Shown one piece after another: positions 53,032 through 64,000 of a stretch of 64,000 bases of DNA (positions are counted from its first letter, which is position 1; the number at the start of each line of letters is the position of its first letter). The position numbers and the translations under genes are program-made. The notes beneath the pieces are model-generated. The model did no database searches, was not told the origin of the DNA, and saw only the letters and a program-made list of their open reading frames with translations. The stretch is from Schmidtea nova (lineage: Eukaryota): positions 136,896,001-136,960,000 of the forward strand of contig CM097883.1 of the NCBI GenBank assembly GCA_044892505.1, given 5' to 3'.

Positions 53032-54984
53032 TTAATTAATTAGATCAATTAGAGAAACTTCAACCCAATCGGACCCGGTTAGAGCCAAGATCAGTTTTTC
53101 TTTAAAAATAATTCTCTTGTTGTCAAATTGATAAATTTGAAAATTTTCATAAAATTTTCCCACCAAAGGGAAAAAGCATTTTCCTATTTTCGACAAAACT
53201 TCTTTGTTGTCTGATTTTTCCATGTTGGGAATTTTAAATTTGGTCAACTCCCGTCCTTTTGAAGCTTTGGCAAACATTGACAATATTTCTTGAATTTTTT
53301 CTTTAAAATTCACTTGTCGAAAGTTCTCCGGTATCCTTTCTAACCATTTCTTATACCAGAAAAAGTTCAATTGAATCTCATTCAGATCGTTATTATTAAT
53401 AGCTCGCTGGAGATTTTCTGTCAAGATCGAAATCATTTTAGGGAAAAAAGAGGACAAAAGGATATTTTCAATATGTTTAAAAGGTATCAAATTTGACCAA
53501 TCAAAAATCTCCTTCATGAAAAAAAGCGCTTCTGACTCGGAATCCCTAGTAAAAATGCCATTAATAATCATTTTAATCTTTTTCTCAACAAATCTGACGA
53601 AAAAATCCTCCATTTCTGAAAGAGAAAACGTTGATTTATATGAAATCAAAATTTGACAAATTGAATTTTCCAAAATATTGCATTGTTCAAGGCTCGAACC
53701 GAGCTTCATTCGAATGATTTTCGAGTGTCTTTTCGATTTTTCTCCTAATAATTCATTCCATTTCAATAACCAAAGAGGTGGGCTTTGATCCGAAATTGGA
53801 TTCCAATTTTCAATAGCTTTTATCAATAAATTGTTAACGTTTATCAAGGCTTTTTCAAAGGTTTTTTCTGGAATCTCTGGCCTCCAACCCTCGAGTAAAG
53901 TAATTAATTTTTCCGGAGATTTATGATCCCAAGTTGTAATAAGGTAATCTTTAAGCTTTACAAACCAAGTATCATTGAATACTTTCTCATAAATATTCTG
54001 ATCGAGAATTTTCTGGCAGTCTGTGAACAAGTCAATTCCGTAGAAAATGTTTAAAGCAGGATTCCAGTGAGACGTAGTAATTTGGAATAATTTCTCAGCA
54101 ACAACTTGAACAGCTCTTGATGATTGTTGGAATTTTTCTGTTGCATCTTCAAGAAAACTAACAAAACTTTCGACGTTTGTATGATCACAAAACTCTACTC
54201 GGTCGAGAAATCGACGCAAAAAGTAATCAACTTCGTCATCATTCTCGATAAGAGCATCTGGTTCTTTTTCGTTGTCACTTTCACCCGGCAATTCAAGGTC
54301 AAGATCCTGGCTTAATATTTCTCTAGGAATTGAGTTTTTTTCCAAGCCATGGTCAAAGAACGATAAATTATTAATAGGATCTACCTTTGTTAATTTTAAG
54401 GGTTTATTTGTAGGTGACTCAATAAATTCTGGAGATTTCCTTTTTAAAGTTGTTTTAATATTATCCTCAGATCCACTGCTGGACTTGGATCTTTTACGAA
54501 ATAATCTCTTTTTATTTCCAAGTGTATTTACTTTCTTATTTGTATTAATTGAAGCGAATCCAATGCAAGCTTTATTGGATAATACTGTAGATACAGAAAT
54601 GGGGTTGACGATTCCTTTACCATCTGGCCCTAACCCTGTGCCACTTTTGTAATCATATTTTGCAAGCATTTTTGATCCGAATCCTTTAGTATATTTTTCC
54701 CATGATCCCAATTCAGTATTTTCTTTTAGTTGATTATAACTTTTTGAAACATTCTTTACATTCTTATTATTATAATTGATGTTTTTTCTATGTATTTTAT
54801 TTCTTGCAATGACGTTAGAATTTGAAGATTCAATTTTATTTATAACTTCAATATCAATTGAATCTTCCGAATCTTCTGAATCAAGTAAAATGGCATGGTC
54901 AGTAGATGCGGGATGAAAGTCACTAGTGGCTTTTATATCCCCAGGATTTCTATCTATGAAAAACAGCAGTTCATCATTGGACAT
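53032..54984 (-). CDS. TFIP11: G-patch protein, TFIP11/Ntr1-like spliceosome disassembly factor, 650 aa, intronless
   Basis: GSWEKYTKGFGSKMLAKYDYKSGTGLGPDGKGIVNPI G-patch with the TFIP11-type WEK.TKG.G prefix, and a Trp-rich helical C-terminal region (W.P motifs) as in the GCFC domain. Confidence 0.72.
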   Translation of the reverse strand: MSNDELLFFIDRNPGDIKATSDFHPASTDHAILLDSEDSEDSIDIEVINKIESSNSNVIARNKIHRKNINYNNKNVKNVSKSYNQLKENTELGSWEKYTKGFGSKMLAKYDYKSGTGLGPDGKGIVNPISVSTVLSNKACIGFASINTNKKVNTLGNKKRLFRKRSKSSSGSEDNIKTTLKRKSPEFIESPTNKPLKLTKVDPINNLSFFDHGLEKNSIPREILSQDLDLELPGESDNEKEPDALIENDDEVDYFLRRFLDRVEFCDHTNVESFVSFLEDATEKFQQSSRAVQVVAEKLFQITTSHWNPALNIFYGIDLFTDCQKILDQNIYEKVFNDTWFVKLKDYLITTWDHKSPEKLITLLEGWRPEIPEKTFEKALINVNNLLIKAIENWNPISDQSPPLWLLKWNELLGEKSKRHSKIIRMKLGSSLEQCNILENSICQILISYKSTFSLSEMEDFFVRFVEKKIKMIINGIFTRDSESEALFFMKEIFDWSNLIPFKHIENILLSSFFPKMISILTENLQRAINNNDLNEIQLNFFWYKKWLERIPENFRQVNFKEKIQEILSMFAKASKGRELTKFKIPNMEKSDNKEVLSKIGKCFFPLVGKFYENFQIYQFDNKRIIFKEKLILALTGSDWVEVSLIDLIN

Positions 54985-55041
54985 GATTAAAATTATTACA
55001 GGGTTAATTGAAAATTAAATGAGATATATAAACAAACTTTA

Positions 55042-55701
55042 TTTAGTAGAATTTATTATAAAATAATTTTTTTAAAAATTAAAAAAAATCTTTTAATAAA
55101 AATCTTTTAAACTTAAATAAAATTATAAATAATAAATTTCAGTGGTCACATTTTAACTTTAAATTGGTTCAAAAATGCACCAATAGCTCCAAAGCTAGCG
55201 TTTGTGTCTAAGATAAATGTCCTATCTTCTCTTGAATATTCAATAATAGGTGCCTCGCACAACCGTTCTTTCAGGGTTGGGAAACTATCATTGCATTCTT
55301 TAGTCCAAATTATATCTTTATTGCATTCAGATGTTGCGGCATATAATGATTCTGCAATTCTGGCACAGTCTTTAGTAGAATTTATTATAAAATAATTTTT
55401 TTAAAAATTAAAAAAAATCTTTTAATAAAAATCTTTTAAACTTAAATAAAATTATAAATAATAAATTTCAGTGGTCACATTTTAACTTTAAATTGGTTCA
55501 AAAATGCACCAATAGCTCCAAAGCTAGCGTTTGTGTCTAAGATAAATGTCCTATCTTCTCTTGAATATTCAATAATAGGTGCCTCGCACAACCGTTCTTT
55601 CAGGGTTGGGAAACTATCATTGCATTCTTTAGTCCAAATTATATCTTTATTGCATCCAGATGTTGCGGCATATAATGATTCTGCAATTCTGGCACAGTCT
55701 T
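55042..55701. repeat. Recent ~329-bp tandem duplication
   Basis: tttagtagaatttattataaaataattttt..ctggcacagtc at 55042 and 55371, nearly identical. Confidence 0.92.
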
Positions 55702-55870
55702 TAACGAATCTTCTATAATAGTTCGTTAATCAAGGAAACGGCCTTAATTGCTTCGAACATTTTGGTATTTCTGCTTTCTCGATCTCTTCAACTTTCTTTG
55801 TGCTTGCCTGAATACCCTTCTCGTTAACTGTGTGCCCAAGGAAACAAAATTCTGTTTTATTGAATTTTCT
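55470..55870 (-). pseudogene. Ty3/gypsy pol fragment (RT thumb/connection to start of RNase H); 3' part duplicated at ~55140-55370
   Basis: Minus translation: FCFLGHTVNEKGI..KQLRPFP*LTNYYRRFVKDCARIAESL..WTKECNDSF..LKERLCEAPII..FILDTNASFGAIGAFLNQ. Confidence 0.8.
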
Positions 55871-55908
55871 GGATTTATATTCAGTCCTTCCATTTGAATT
55901 ATTCTAAA

Positions 55909-58900
55909 TGTTGGGCAAAAACTGAGATTTGTTTAAATAGCGCGGTATTATAAAATGTAGAGAGCGCGCGAGGAAGTAGATTTAAATTTATAATATTTAG
56001 AGAGCGCGCAAGAAGTAGATGTGAAATTTTACAAACCTAAAACATCAAGTACAACTCAGTAGCAACAGAACACGTGAAATAATCAATCAAAACACGTCGA
56101 AAAATTGAAACGAAAAAAAGCGCATTGAGTTTATTCGGGAAAAAACATGTATAGCGGGAGAACATCAATTGTGTAATAGAATAGCACACTAGAAAAAAAT
56201 AAACATCTTTTCGGGAGGAAATTTTCAAATTATAGTGTGAAAATTCGAATAACATGAAAGAAAATTGTTTTAGTCAGAAATTATGTTAAATTAATTAAAT
56301 TGGGAAAAACTTTGATTAAAAAATGAAATTTTAGATCAAAAATAAATTATTTAGAATTTATTTAAAATTTTATGCAAAAATAATAATTCAATTTTGCGTA
56401 AAATAATTGAAATTAATTTTCAAGAATCAGAAAATTCCTTCTAGAACAATTTGTTATAATATCTCAACGAAAATAACAATTTTGAGCAAATATAAATACC
56501 ACCATCAAAATTCTGGTTTCAGTCCTGAAGTTCCGAATTTGCAGAATTTCTGGAATTTTGGTGCTAAAAATTTTGAAACGTCTTTAGCAGTGAAATTTTA
56601 AAGAGATAACTTTGTTTAAAATCGTTTGAGAAAATTCTCGGAAGGCAAACCCCTCAAAAAGTTTTAGAAGTCATATCCGAACCTAGCGGAGAAACTATTT
56701 GAATATGTAAGAACCATGAATTTTATGTTATGCAGGCTAGCAAATCATGCCATGTTACCCTGCCGTAGGTATTCTGATTTGAGTTTTCCGTTTTATTCAA
56801 TGTTTGATAAAGTGTTATCTTATAGTAAAATATGTAATGATTATTATAATTTTTCTATTCAAGTTTTAAATTTTTACTTTGATCATATTTTCTCACAACC
56901 TAATATACTTATATTGATATTCTTTTATTTATCATATACATATTTATATTTTTTTTATTAAAACTATTTCCATACGTCTGATGTTGGTTCTCCTAGTCGT
57001 TGTACCATCATTAGTCGCTTTGGTGAATCATTAGTTCGCTGGAGTCCTTTCAGTGTTCTGATCCATATTTTCATCGAAGTGGGCGCACACATCCAATCTC
57101 GCTTCATCTCATACTTGGCTATATGAGGAGTAGTGGTTTGGCCAAGCGCAAGGTCTGTTCAAAGTAATTAACGTCTAGAAACCTATTACATTTTTTTGAA
57201 ATGCGATATGGTATTCATAGACGCAAATGAATATTTTATTTATAATATTGTAGTTATTTTTATTAATATTAAATCACATAGCTCTCACCACTACGTAAAT
57301 ATGTGAACATAATAAAAATGAATCAGAAATAGACATTCGTTTCGTCAATCGCCTTCGCTCAATAAACGTCATCTTTATCTTACTATGAAAGAATTCGCAA
57401 AGTCGATCGAGAAAATGAAACGTTTAAAAAACTTGTAAATGACCACTCAAAGAGCAATCGTTGAATTTTTACTCGAAATCGTGAACCTTAGTGATAAAAA
57501 CTTCTAAGAACTGCATCTAGAATTTTGAATATTAGAGATCACGAAAAGAACCGACTTGAAATTTTATATATGTCTTATTTTTATAAACCCATATGTGGAA
57601 ATTAATTTTTGTAAAAGTTTATAATTTTTTTTTGACGATAACTTAATATATAAAATTTTTTTAGATTGAATTTTTTAGATTGAAATTTTTTAGATTGCGA
57701 AATTTGTGAATAAAAATTTTATTATTATTTTATTATTATATAAAAATTTTATTATTATATTAAAAATTTTTTACTATTTTATAAAATTCTAAATTTGAAA
57801 ATTTTGTAGAAAAATTTACAATTAATATATATGTATCCCTTAAAATATAAAAATTCAAAAATTTATTGTCATATTGTAAAAATTAGAAATTTTATTATTA
57901 TATAACATTTGTAAAATTTTAAATTTTGTAAAAGGAATTGTAAAATTATTATTATTTTAATTTTGAAAATATTTTATATATATTATTTTATAAACATCTC
58001 TCACGATATCACAAAATCATAATACATCCATATTTGCAAAACAATACACCCATGCCATTTAATAACATCATCCATATCCAATAACACATACAAAAATTTA
58101 TATTTCCTTAATACATACATCACATCATTTCATTCAACAACATCCACCAGCAACGTACACCCAGAAAATTCACACAAGAAATTTACTTAACGACAGTTGG
58201 TTGCATCATACATCCAGAATTTGCACAAGCATTCACAACCATCATTACCTATTTCACCCAACAATCTATTTAACATACAATTACAAAATCATAACAATAG
58301 CGTATTCATCTCAACACACAAAAGTATACAAACACACAAACTCGCAATCATTGTTCCCACATCATACATAAAAAAGGTATACCTCCAACAAAACAATGCA
58401 AAAGTTTCATTTATTCTTATACTATTATACTATTATACTATCCATTTCATTCAACCAAAATACAATATCATATTTATTTTATTATTTATTTTTATATTAT
58501 AAAATAAGTCAAATAAGTAAAAATCAGAACCAACAATCACGAAAAGGAAAACAATATTTATTTTTATTCAAAAAATTTCAGTTAAAATAAAATCAATAAC
58601 TAACTATTAGTCTTTATTATAAAGTAAATTAAGTTTCGTATAAAATCAATAATCACGAACAATGATCATTTTTATTATGAGGAGAATGGAAATTGTTTAT
58701 CGATCAACGTTGCGCAAATACCGAGGAAAAATGATTGTCTGAGGAGTGAATGAGAAATCTCGAGGTGGGTTCCACTCAAAAACAGAAATTTGTGACGAAC
58801 TATTAGAGGATTTCTTCGGAAAGTGCCGGATCCTATTATTGATAATCCTGTTCACTTGTATTCTCAGAGAAGTGAAAAGATGCTTTCTGAATTCCCGTAT

Positions 58901-59100
58901 TTGGGTCAAGAGGATGTTGACATAGATTTTGAATATTTCATTCAATTTCAGCAAGGGATGACTGATGCTCGAGTTGAGCCGCTCAATTGGCAGTTTGGAT
59001 TGACATGGCATTGTAAGAGTGATTGGAGCCATACAATCACAAAATCACAAGGACATTCCAAGGACTCTTGCAACACCGAATAACATTTGCCTTTATTAAC
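55909..59100 (+). repeat. Copy C of ~3 kb LTR-like repeat beginning TGTTGGGCAAAAAC
   Basis: Collinear with 7460-10450. Includes a coding-like remnant (VEP..W) also seen at ~2240-2270 (-). Right boundary uncertain. Confidence 0.55.
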
Positions 59101-59559
59101 TTATTTTCTCAGCTTTTCAATCGTTTTCTTCATGTACATTGGTTGACATCACGGATGTTGCATTATAGGGCCTTCTGTTATCCACATTTAATGTCGAACT
59201 AAATTTGTAAATCCCACATCAAATTCCGATGCCGTAAAAATTCAGCCGTATTTCCTGATTATTCCTTATATGTCTTCACTATCCTCACTTGGCATCGCCA
59301 TCAGTGCTTTATTTATTCTTTCTTCCTCAGTGTGGATTTTGTTTAAAAATGAAGTTTCTATATCATTGTTGGATGATGAAGGTAAGCCCATCAATACATT
59401 CCTCCTATCAGAAAATTATAGTGTGGGGGGCAACAAATACAGAGTGAACATTTATCCAGAGCCTGTCGATAAGACCAATATTCAAAAAGAAACAGAACCC
59501 AATATCAATCAGTACCCAGTGCACAATCAATCCAAGCACCAACCAGGATATCAACATCC

Positions 59560-60016
59560 ATTTGATATTTGATCGACATTTGATATTTAATATTTGATCG
59601 ACATTTGATATTTAATATTTGATCAACATTTGATATTATTATTGGGAATGTTATTTCTTGTATATATTTTAATTCTAGTGTAAATATTTGACATTGGATA
59701 TTATTATTTTAGTTGAGAATGCGTTATATTATGTATATAATTTAGAAAATTATTATTAATATGTATGTACTTTTTTTAAATGTATATAATTTAAAAAAAT
59801 CATTATTAATGTTTATGCACTTTTTAATGAAATATTTTATTTTAATGGATGTTGAAATTATTTTATTTCAACCGATATAATTGTTGGAAAAATAGATAAA
59901 TTATTTTAATTATTTTGTAGCGAGTCAACATTCTGGAAATTGTTTTAATTGTTGGAAAAATAGATAAATTATTTTAATTATTTTGTAGCGAGTCAACATT
60001 CTGAAAATTGTTTTAA
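59560..60016. repeat. Short tandem duplications (24-bp x~3 at ~59560-59640; 68-bp x2 at 59881-60016)
   Basis: atttgatcgacatttgatatttaat units; ttgttggaaaaatagataaattattttaattattttgtagcgagtcaacattctg duplicated. Confidence 0.85.
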
Positions 60017-60479
60017 TCGTTTGAAATTATTTTAATTATTTTAATAACTAGTACGAAAAACTTTAGTATATAAAGAAGGGAAAATTTTTAAAATTTGCCC
60101 CACAATTTTTGAAATTCAATTTCAATAAAATTTAGCGAAACAAACTTTCTCAAAGGGTAATCCTGAGAGAACTTAAAATTTACGAACAGCACAAAAACGT
60201 TCAACACGAAATTGTTATCGTTAAAATAAACATAATACATTCACTAAATAACAAGCACACAATAGGACACGCAAAAAATATCCTTTAAATAAAACAGTGT
60301 GAAGATTTGAAAGCGTAATTGATAGTTTTTGATTTGAAAGTGTAATTGGTAACTTTTAGAGTAATTGAGAACTTTTGATTTTTAAATTTGGTAAATTTTA
60401 TTATTGAATAAATTTTTCAAAAGACTTGATCTTATTTTTATTAACGATAGTCTACACCAGTGCACGTTGAGATCTAAAA

Positions 60480-62457
60480 ATCTTGGACCTCAACATCATT
60501 GATCTTCACTAACTTTACTCCAAACTCTTATATTGTATCAATACCCTCTATGAATTCAGGATTGGTCTTTTCTACAACTTCTACTGTGATAAATTTGGTC
60601 ATCTGATTTCATGTTTCCGGTATAGTCATATATTTCATTGCTTCTTCACCTCCAGTTGAAAACAACTCGAATAATAATATAGTACTACGTTAAAAGTTTG
60701 GTTTGCCTATTTTCTCTCACAAATCCTTGCTCATGACTTTTACTGACGCCCCAAAGTCCTATAACATATCTACTTCTGTATTATTCAACATTAATTTACT
60801 CTAACCTCTTCCTTCTTCCGTCTGATACATCTCTTCTTCTGCCTCGTCTCTTCGTCGTTCATTTCTTCTTTCACAATTTATTATCTTAACTCCACTGATG
60901 AAATGAAATCCATGGAGTCGCTGTTGTTTTTTCCGTCTTCTCTCAATGTAGTATATTTCTCAGGGACATTGTTTCTATCTTCCATATCGCTGTAAGCCAT
61001 TATGAAATCCTGACTTTTCTCGGTGTAATCTCTTCTTTAAGATTTGGAATCATCTTCTTTTATGCACGCTATTCTTTGATATCGACAGGAAACCTCTTTC
61101 CGTAACGAAAAACAATCTCGGAACCCGTGTCACTCTTTGCCACATATCAAGCATTTATTTCCCAGTGGGCACTCATATCTTCTGTGTCCCCTTTCGCCAC
61201 AGCAAAAACAATCACTTACTGTTAATTTTGAAGCCGGTGCTCGTTGTAGTCCTCTATTTTCGTTATAGAGCCTTCTCATTATATTATTCATGGAAATTGT
61301 TGGCAGTTTCCTTTCTGAGCGATATGGGATTCTCGCTTTACTCAAAAATTGTTCTCTTCGACCGGGGTTACTTTTTTCGTATTGTATTGATTCGCGTATA
61401 GTATGCTTGTCTCTTCTTGATTTGTGATGACAAAATGGCTCTTCTGATAGTCTTAATTGTGATGGTGTACGTCTTGTATCTTGAGTATTCTGTTGATGTT
61501 GTATAACTAATGAATTGATTATATTCATTAGTTATATTTCGTAAACTTTAGAAACATAAATTAATTAATAAAGTAAAGTTTGTATTTTTAATTCATGTTA
61601 TTAAGTTTGTTTAAATATTACGAGTTGTTATAAAGTAATAAAGTTTTAAAAGTATTATTATAATCTTGTTTTATTTTTATTTTATCATATCACTGATATA
61701 ACATAAATGCATTTTTATAATATTATTTAATCAGTTACAGATCTCACAGATATAACCATAAAAATTCTCATCTATCCTCCCTCAGTCAGGCTAGCATATG
61801 TTCTTTGGCCGATTGCTTTAATAAATTCCGCTTTATTGCTTCCATTTTTGTTGCTCTAAAAAACTTCGCCAATGATCTGGTTTCTTCAATTTTTGTTTCT
61901 AGTTTCGTCAATAATATCTCCCTCAGTCTCGCATCACGTGCTTCATTTGCGATGAGATATTTAACAATATCTTCTTCTGATCGCCCTGAATTTATAACTC
62001 CAGCTAAAGCTTTCCATAGTCATATCTCAAAAGCTGCAAAATGTTCATCATATTCCTGTGTCAAAACTGTCAATTCTCTGATTTTGTCAGTCATTAATTT
62101 TGTAGCTGTGAACGTATTTATGAACCAGGTTTTGGCTTTCATATCTGTTGTTTCTGTTTCTCTGACGTTTCCCTACAATGTCTTAGCTTATGCCTCTAAT
62201 AATACATCGAAGGTGCTTGTAAGTCACTGTTTATTTGTCAAGAGACATTGTTCTATGTTCCTGATCCATTCTTCTGCTTCCTTTGATCCTCGCCCATCAT
62301 ATCGTCTGATGTTCAGTGTAAGCATATCTTGGCACCAGTTTGGTAGGCATTCCATTAACGGCTTTGTTGATTTTGAAACTGCATTGTGATTCTGATTTTC
62401 GACGCGGTCGCCAGTTAAATCCAACTCGGTTTTAAAAGTCATCAATTGCGTCATCAA
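60480..62457 (-). pseudogene. Decayed Ty3/gypsy gag-protease
   Basis: IRRYDGRGSKEAEEWIRNIE gag start; CFCCGERGHRRYEC and CLICGK knuckles; protease relic LNNTEVDML*DFGASVKVMSKDL*EKIG at ~60700-60800. Confidence 0.75.
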
Positions 62458-62479
62458 TTTAATTAAAATTTTATAAATA

Positions 62480-63215
62480 GTGCCAAATAATCAATTATTT
62501 AAACACAAATAAATTTTAATATCTAACTAGATATCAAGAATACAGAAAAAAAGAGTGGGATAACAAAAAAGAAAAGAAACGGAATATCTTGACAGATGTC
62601 AGAGATAATGCGGGAACTAGGAGAAAATGCGAAGTATGCTGGATGAAAAAAAACGGGAAAAACAAAATTTATCTCGAAATCCAAAAAAATGAAGACCTAT
62701 AAAATGGAAAGCCACAGTAGTTGAATCAGAAGTTTAGAGTGGGAGAAGTTTTATAGGCAATTTATGCTGGAGAGAAAATCATATTAGAGAAAAGAAATTA
62801 GCTTAGATAAATTAGAGTCACATTATTGGAAAACTTGTATTGAGAAGAAAAAGTGAACGAAACAAACGAGAATTAGAAAAGAGTCAAAGTAAATTGAATT
62901 AAGTATCAAGTCAAAGCACGAAAACAACTGAAATCATGCCAATTATTGAGTCTAAATCATTAGTCATTGATTGTTGTATTCTACGTATTATACATTTGGG
63001 CTATACCTCGCGAAGTGTTGTAATAAGCTTTGTATATTTGCCTATTTTGGTGTTGAATCGAACATGCCATTTTAAATTGTGTACTCAACTATGATAATCA
63101 ATAAAGGTTGATATTGTCTGAAAATTGTTGTTTTGTGGATCAGATAAAGCACGCTTTGGAGTCAGCGAATTAATTAGTAAATTTCAAATTTTACCAACAA
63201 CTCAATAACCCAACA
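62480..63215 (-). mobile_element. Probable 5' LTR of the 60480-62457 gypsy relic
   Basis: Minus strand begins TGTTGGG (~63215), is homologous to 4845-5870 and precedes gag in the same orientation. Confidence 0.5.
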
Positions 63216-64000
63216 GTTGTAAGGCGCTCGTTGAAAAATAAGAAATACTTTAATTTAATATACACGAAATATTTAGTAAAAATTCAATTTCTGCTAATAT
63301 TATGCAAATGAATAACAATTTCTTTAATTATTGGGAAAATGAACAATGAAAAATATTTGTCAAAAAAAATTAATTTAAATGAAGAGCCTCTTGCAAACCT
63401 ATTCCTATATAAATCAGTCAGTTAGTTTATTAGGCCCTTTCTAAAAGTGATTTTCACAACAAAGTTCATAGGTTTTTAAATAATGAGGTTTGATGAATAA
63501 AGAAAGCTCAAAAAAATTCTTGATGTTTGGTTTGTGATAAGTGATCCATCGTTTGGTCTTAATAATAAACAATATTATATGATTTCTTATTTTGTATACC
63601 ATGATTGTTATTCATAATAAATCCAAATAAATGTTTTCTTACTAACATCCCCATCAATATACTTAAGGTTCTTCGTATTCTAATTAGACTAGCTTTTAAC
63701 TGTAGTCTAAAACAGCGTTCCACATCCTTTTGTGTCTTGAGACCCAAAGAATAAAGAGAATAATATAAACGACCCATATTGGTTGAAAAATTATATTGCA
63801 AAAAAACAGAACAATTTTATTTTATAAACATAAATAAAAACATATAAACATTAATGACTCTTCTGTTCCTGATGCTCTTTCACAAAATTTTCTATTCTTG
63901 CTTCAATTGATTTAGATAATACAATCCTCAACGCTGCGTCAATGTTTTGAAGTCGATTTCTATATTTATTTTTAATTGAAGTCAGAGCAGAAAAAGCAGT

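Noticed and set aside
61805-62389. 194-aa plus-strand ORF
   Set aside because: Antisense shadow of the decayed gag on the minus strand.
60480-62457. APOBEC-like G-to-A hypermutation (Trp codons to TAG/TGA)
   Set aside because: Only a few cases, and neutral decay in an AT-biased genome explains them.

Overview
Very AT-rich eukaryotic genomic DNA, mostly transposon debris. An invertebrate host, probably a planarian-type flatworm, is my inference and is not shown by the sequence. Three host-type genes are present: a two-exon DDX18/HAS1-like DEAD-box helicase (11787-16048, +), an intronless RING-finger gene (25659-27170, +) and an intronless G-patch TFIP11-like gene (53032-54984, -). The dominant feature is a young, ~24.4 kb giant LTR retroelement (28129-52570, genes on the minus strand) with ~2.85 kb near-identical LTRs and a tRNA-Pro primer-binding site. 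It has no detectable reverse transcriptase, RNase H or integrase. Instead it encodes a ~3000-aa polyprotein ordered Gag (capsid + 3 CCHC) - 3 ubiquitin-like modules - Bcl-2-like domain - signal peptide - chuvirus-type glycoprotein - TM - aspartic protease - ankyrin repeats. An A-AAU-UUA slippery site links this to a -1 frame ORF (ankyrins plus a second membrane protein with FN3-like repeats) sitting where Pol normally is. Accessory ORFs include a full-length TRAF-like protein, an IAP-type RING protein, coiled-coil and membrane proteins, and a 196-aa ORF inside the LTR. Almost every ORF has a 3' splice-acceptor-like YAG 2-4 nt before its ATG, suggesting an operon-like array resolved by cis- or spliced-leader trans-splicing. 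The rest of the window holds a hAT element with an 8-bp TSD, Tc1-like and Ty3/gypsy relics, MITE-like elements, LTR-like repeats, a 123-bp palindrome and tandem arrays. All domain calls are by-eye motif recognition; no searches were run.
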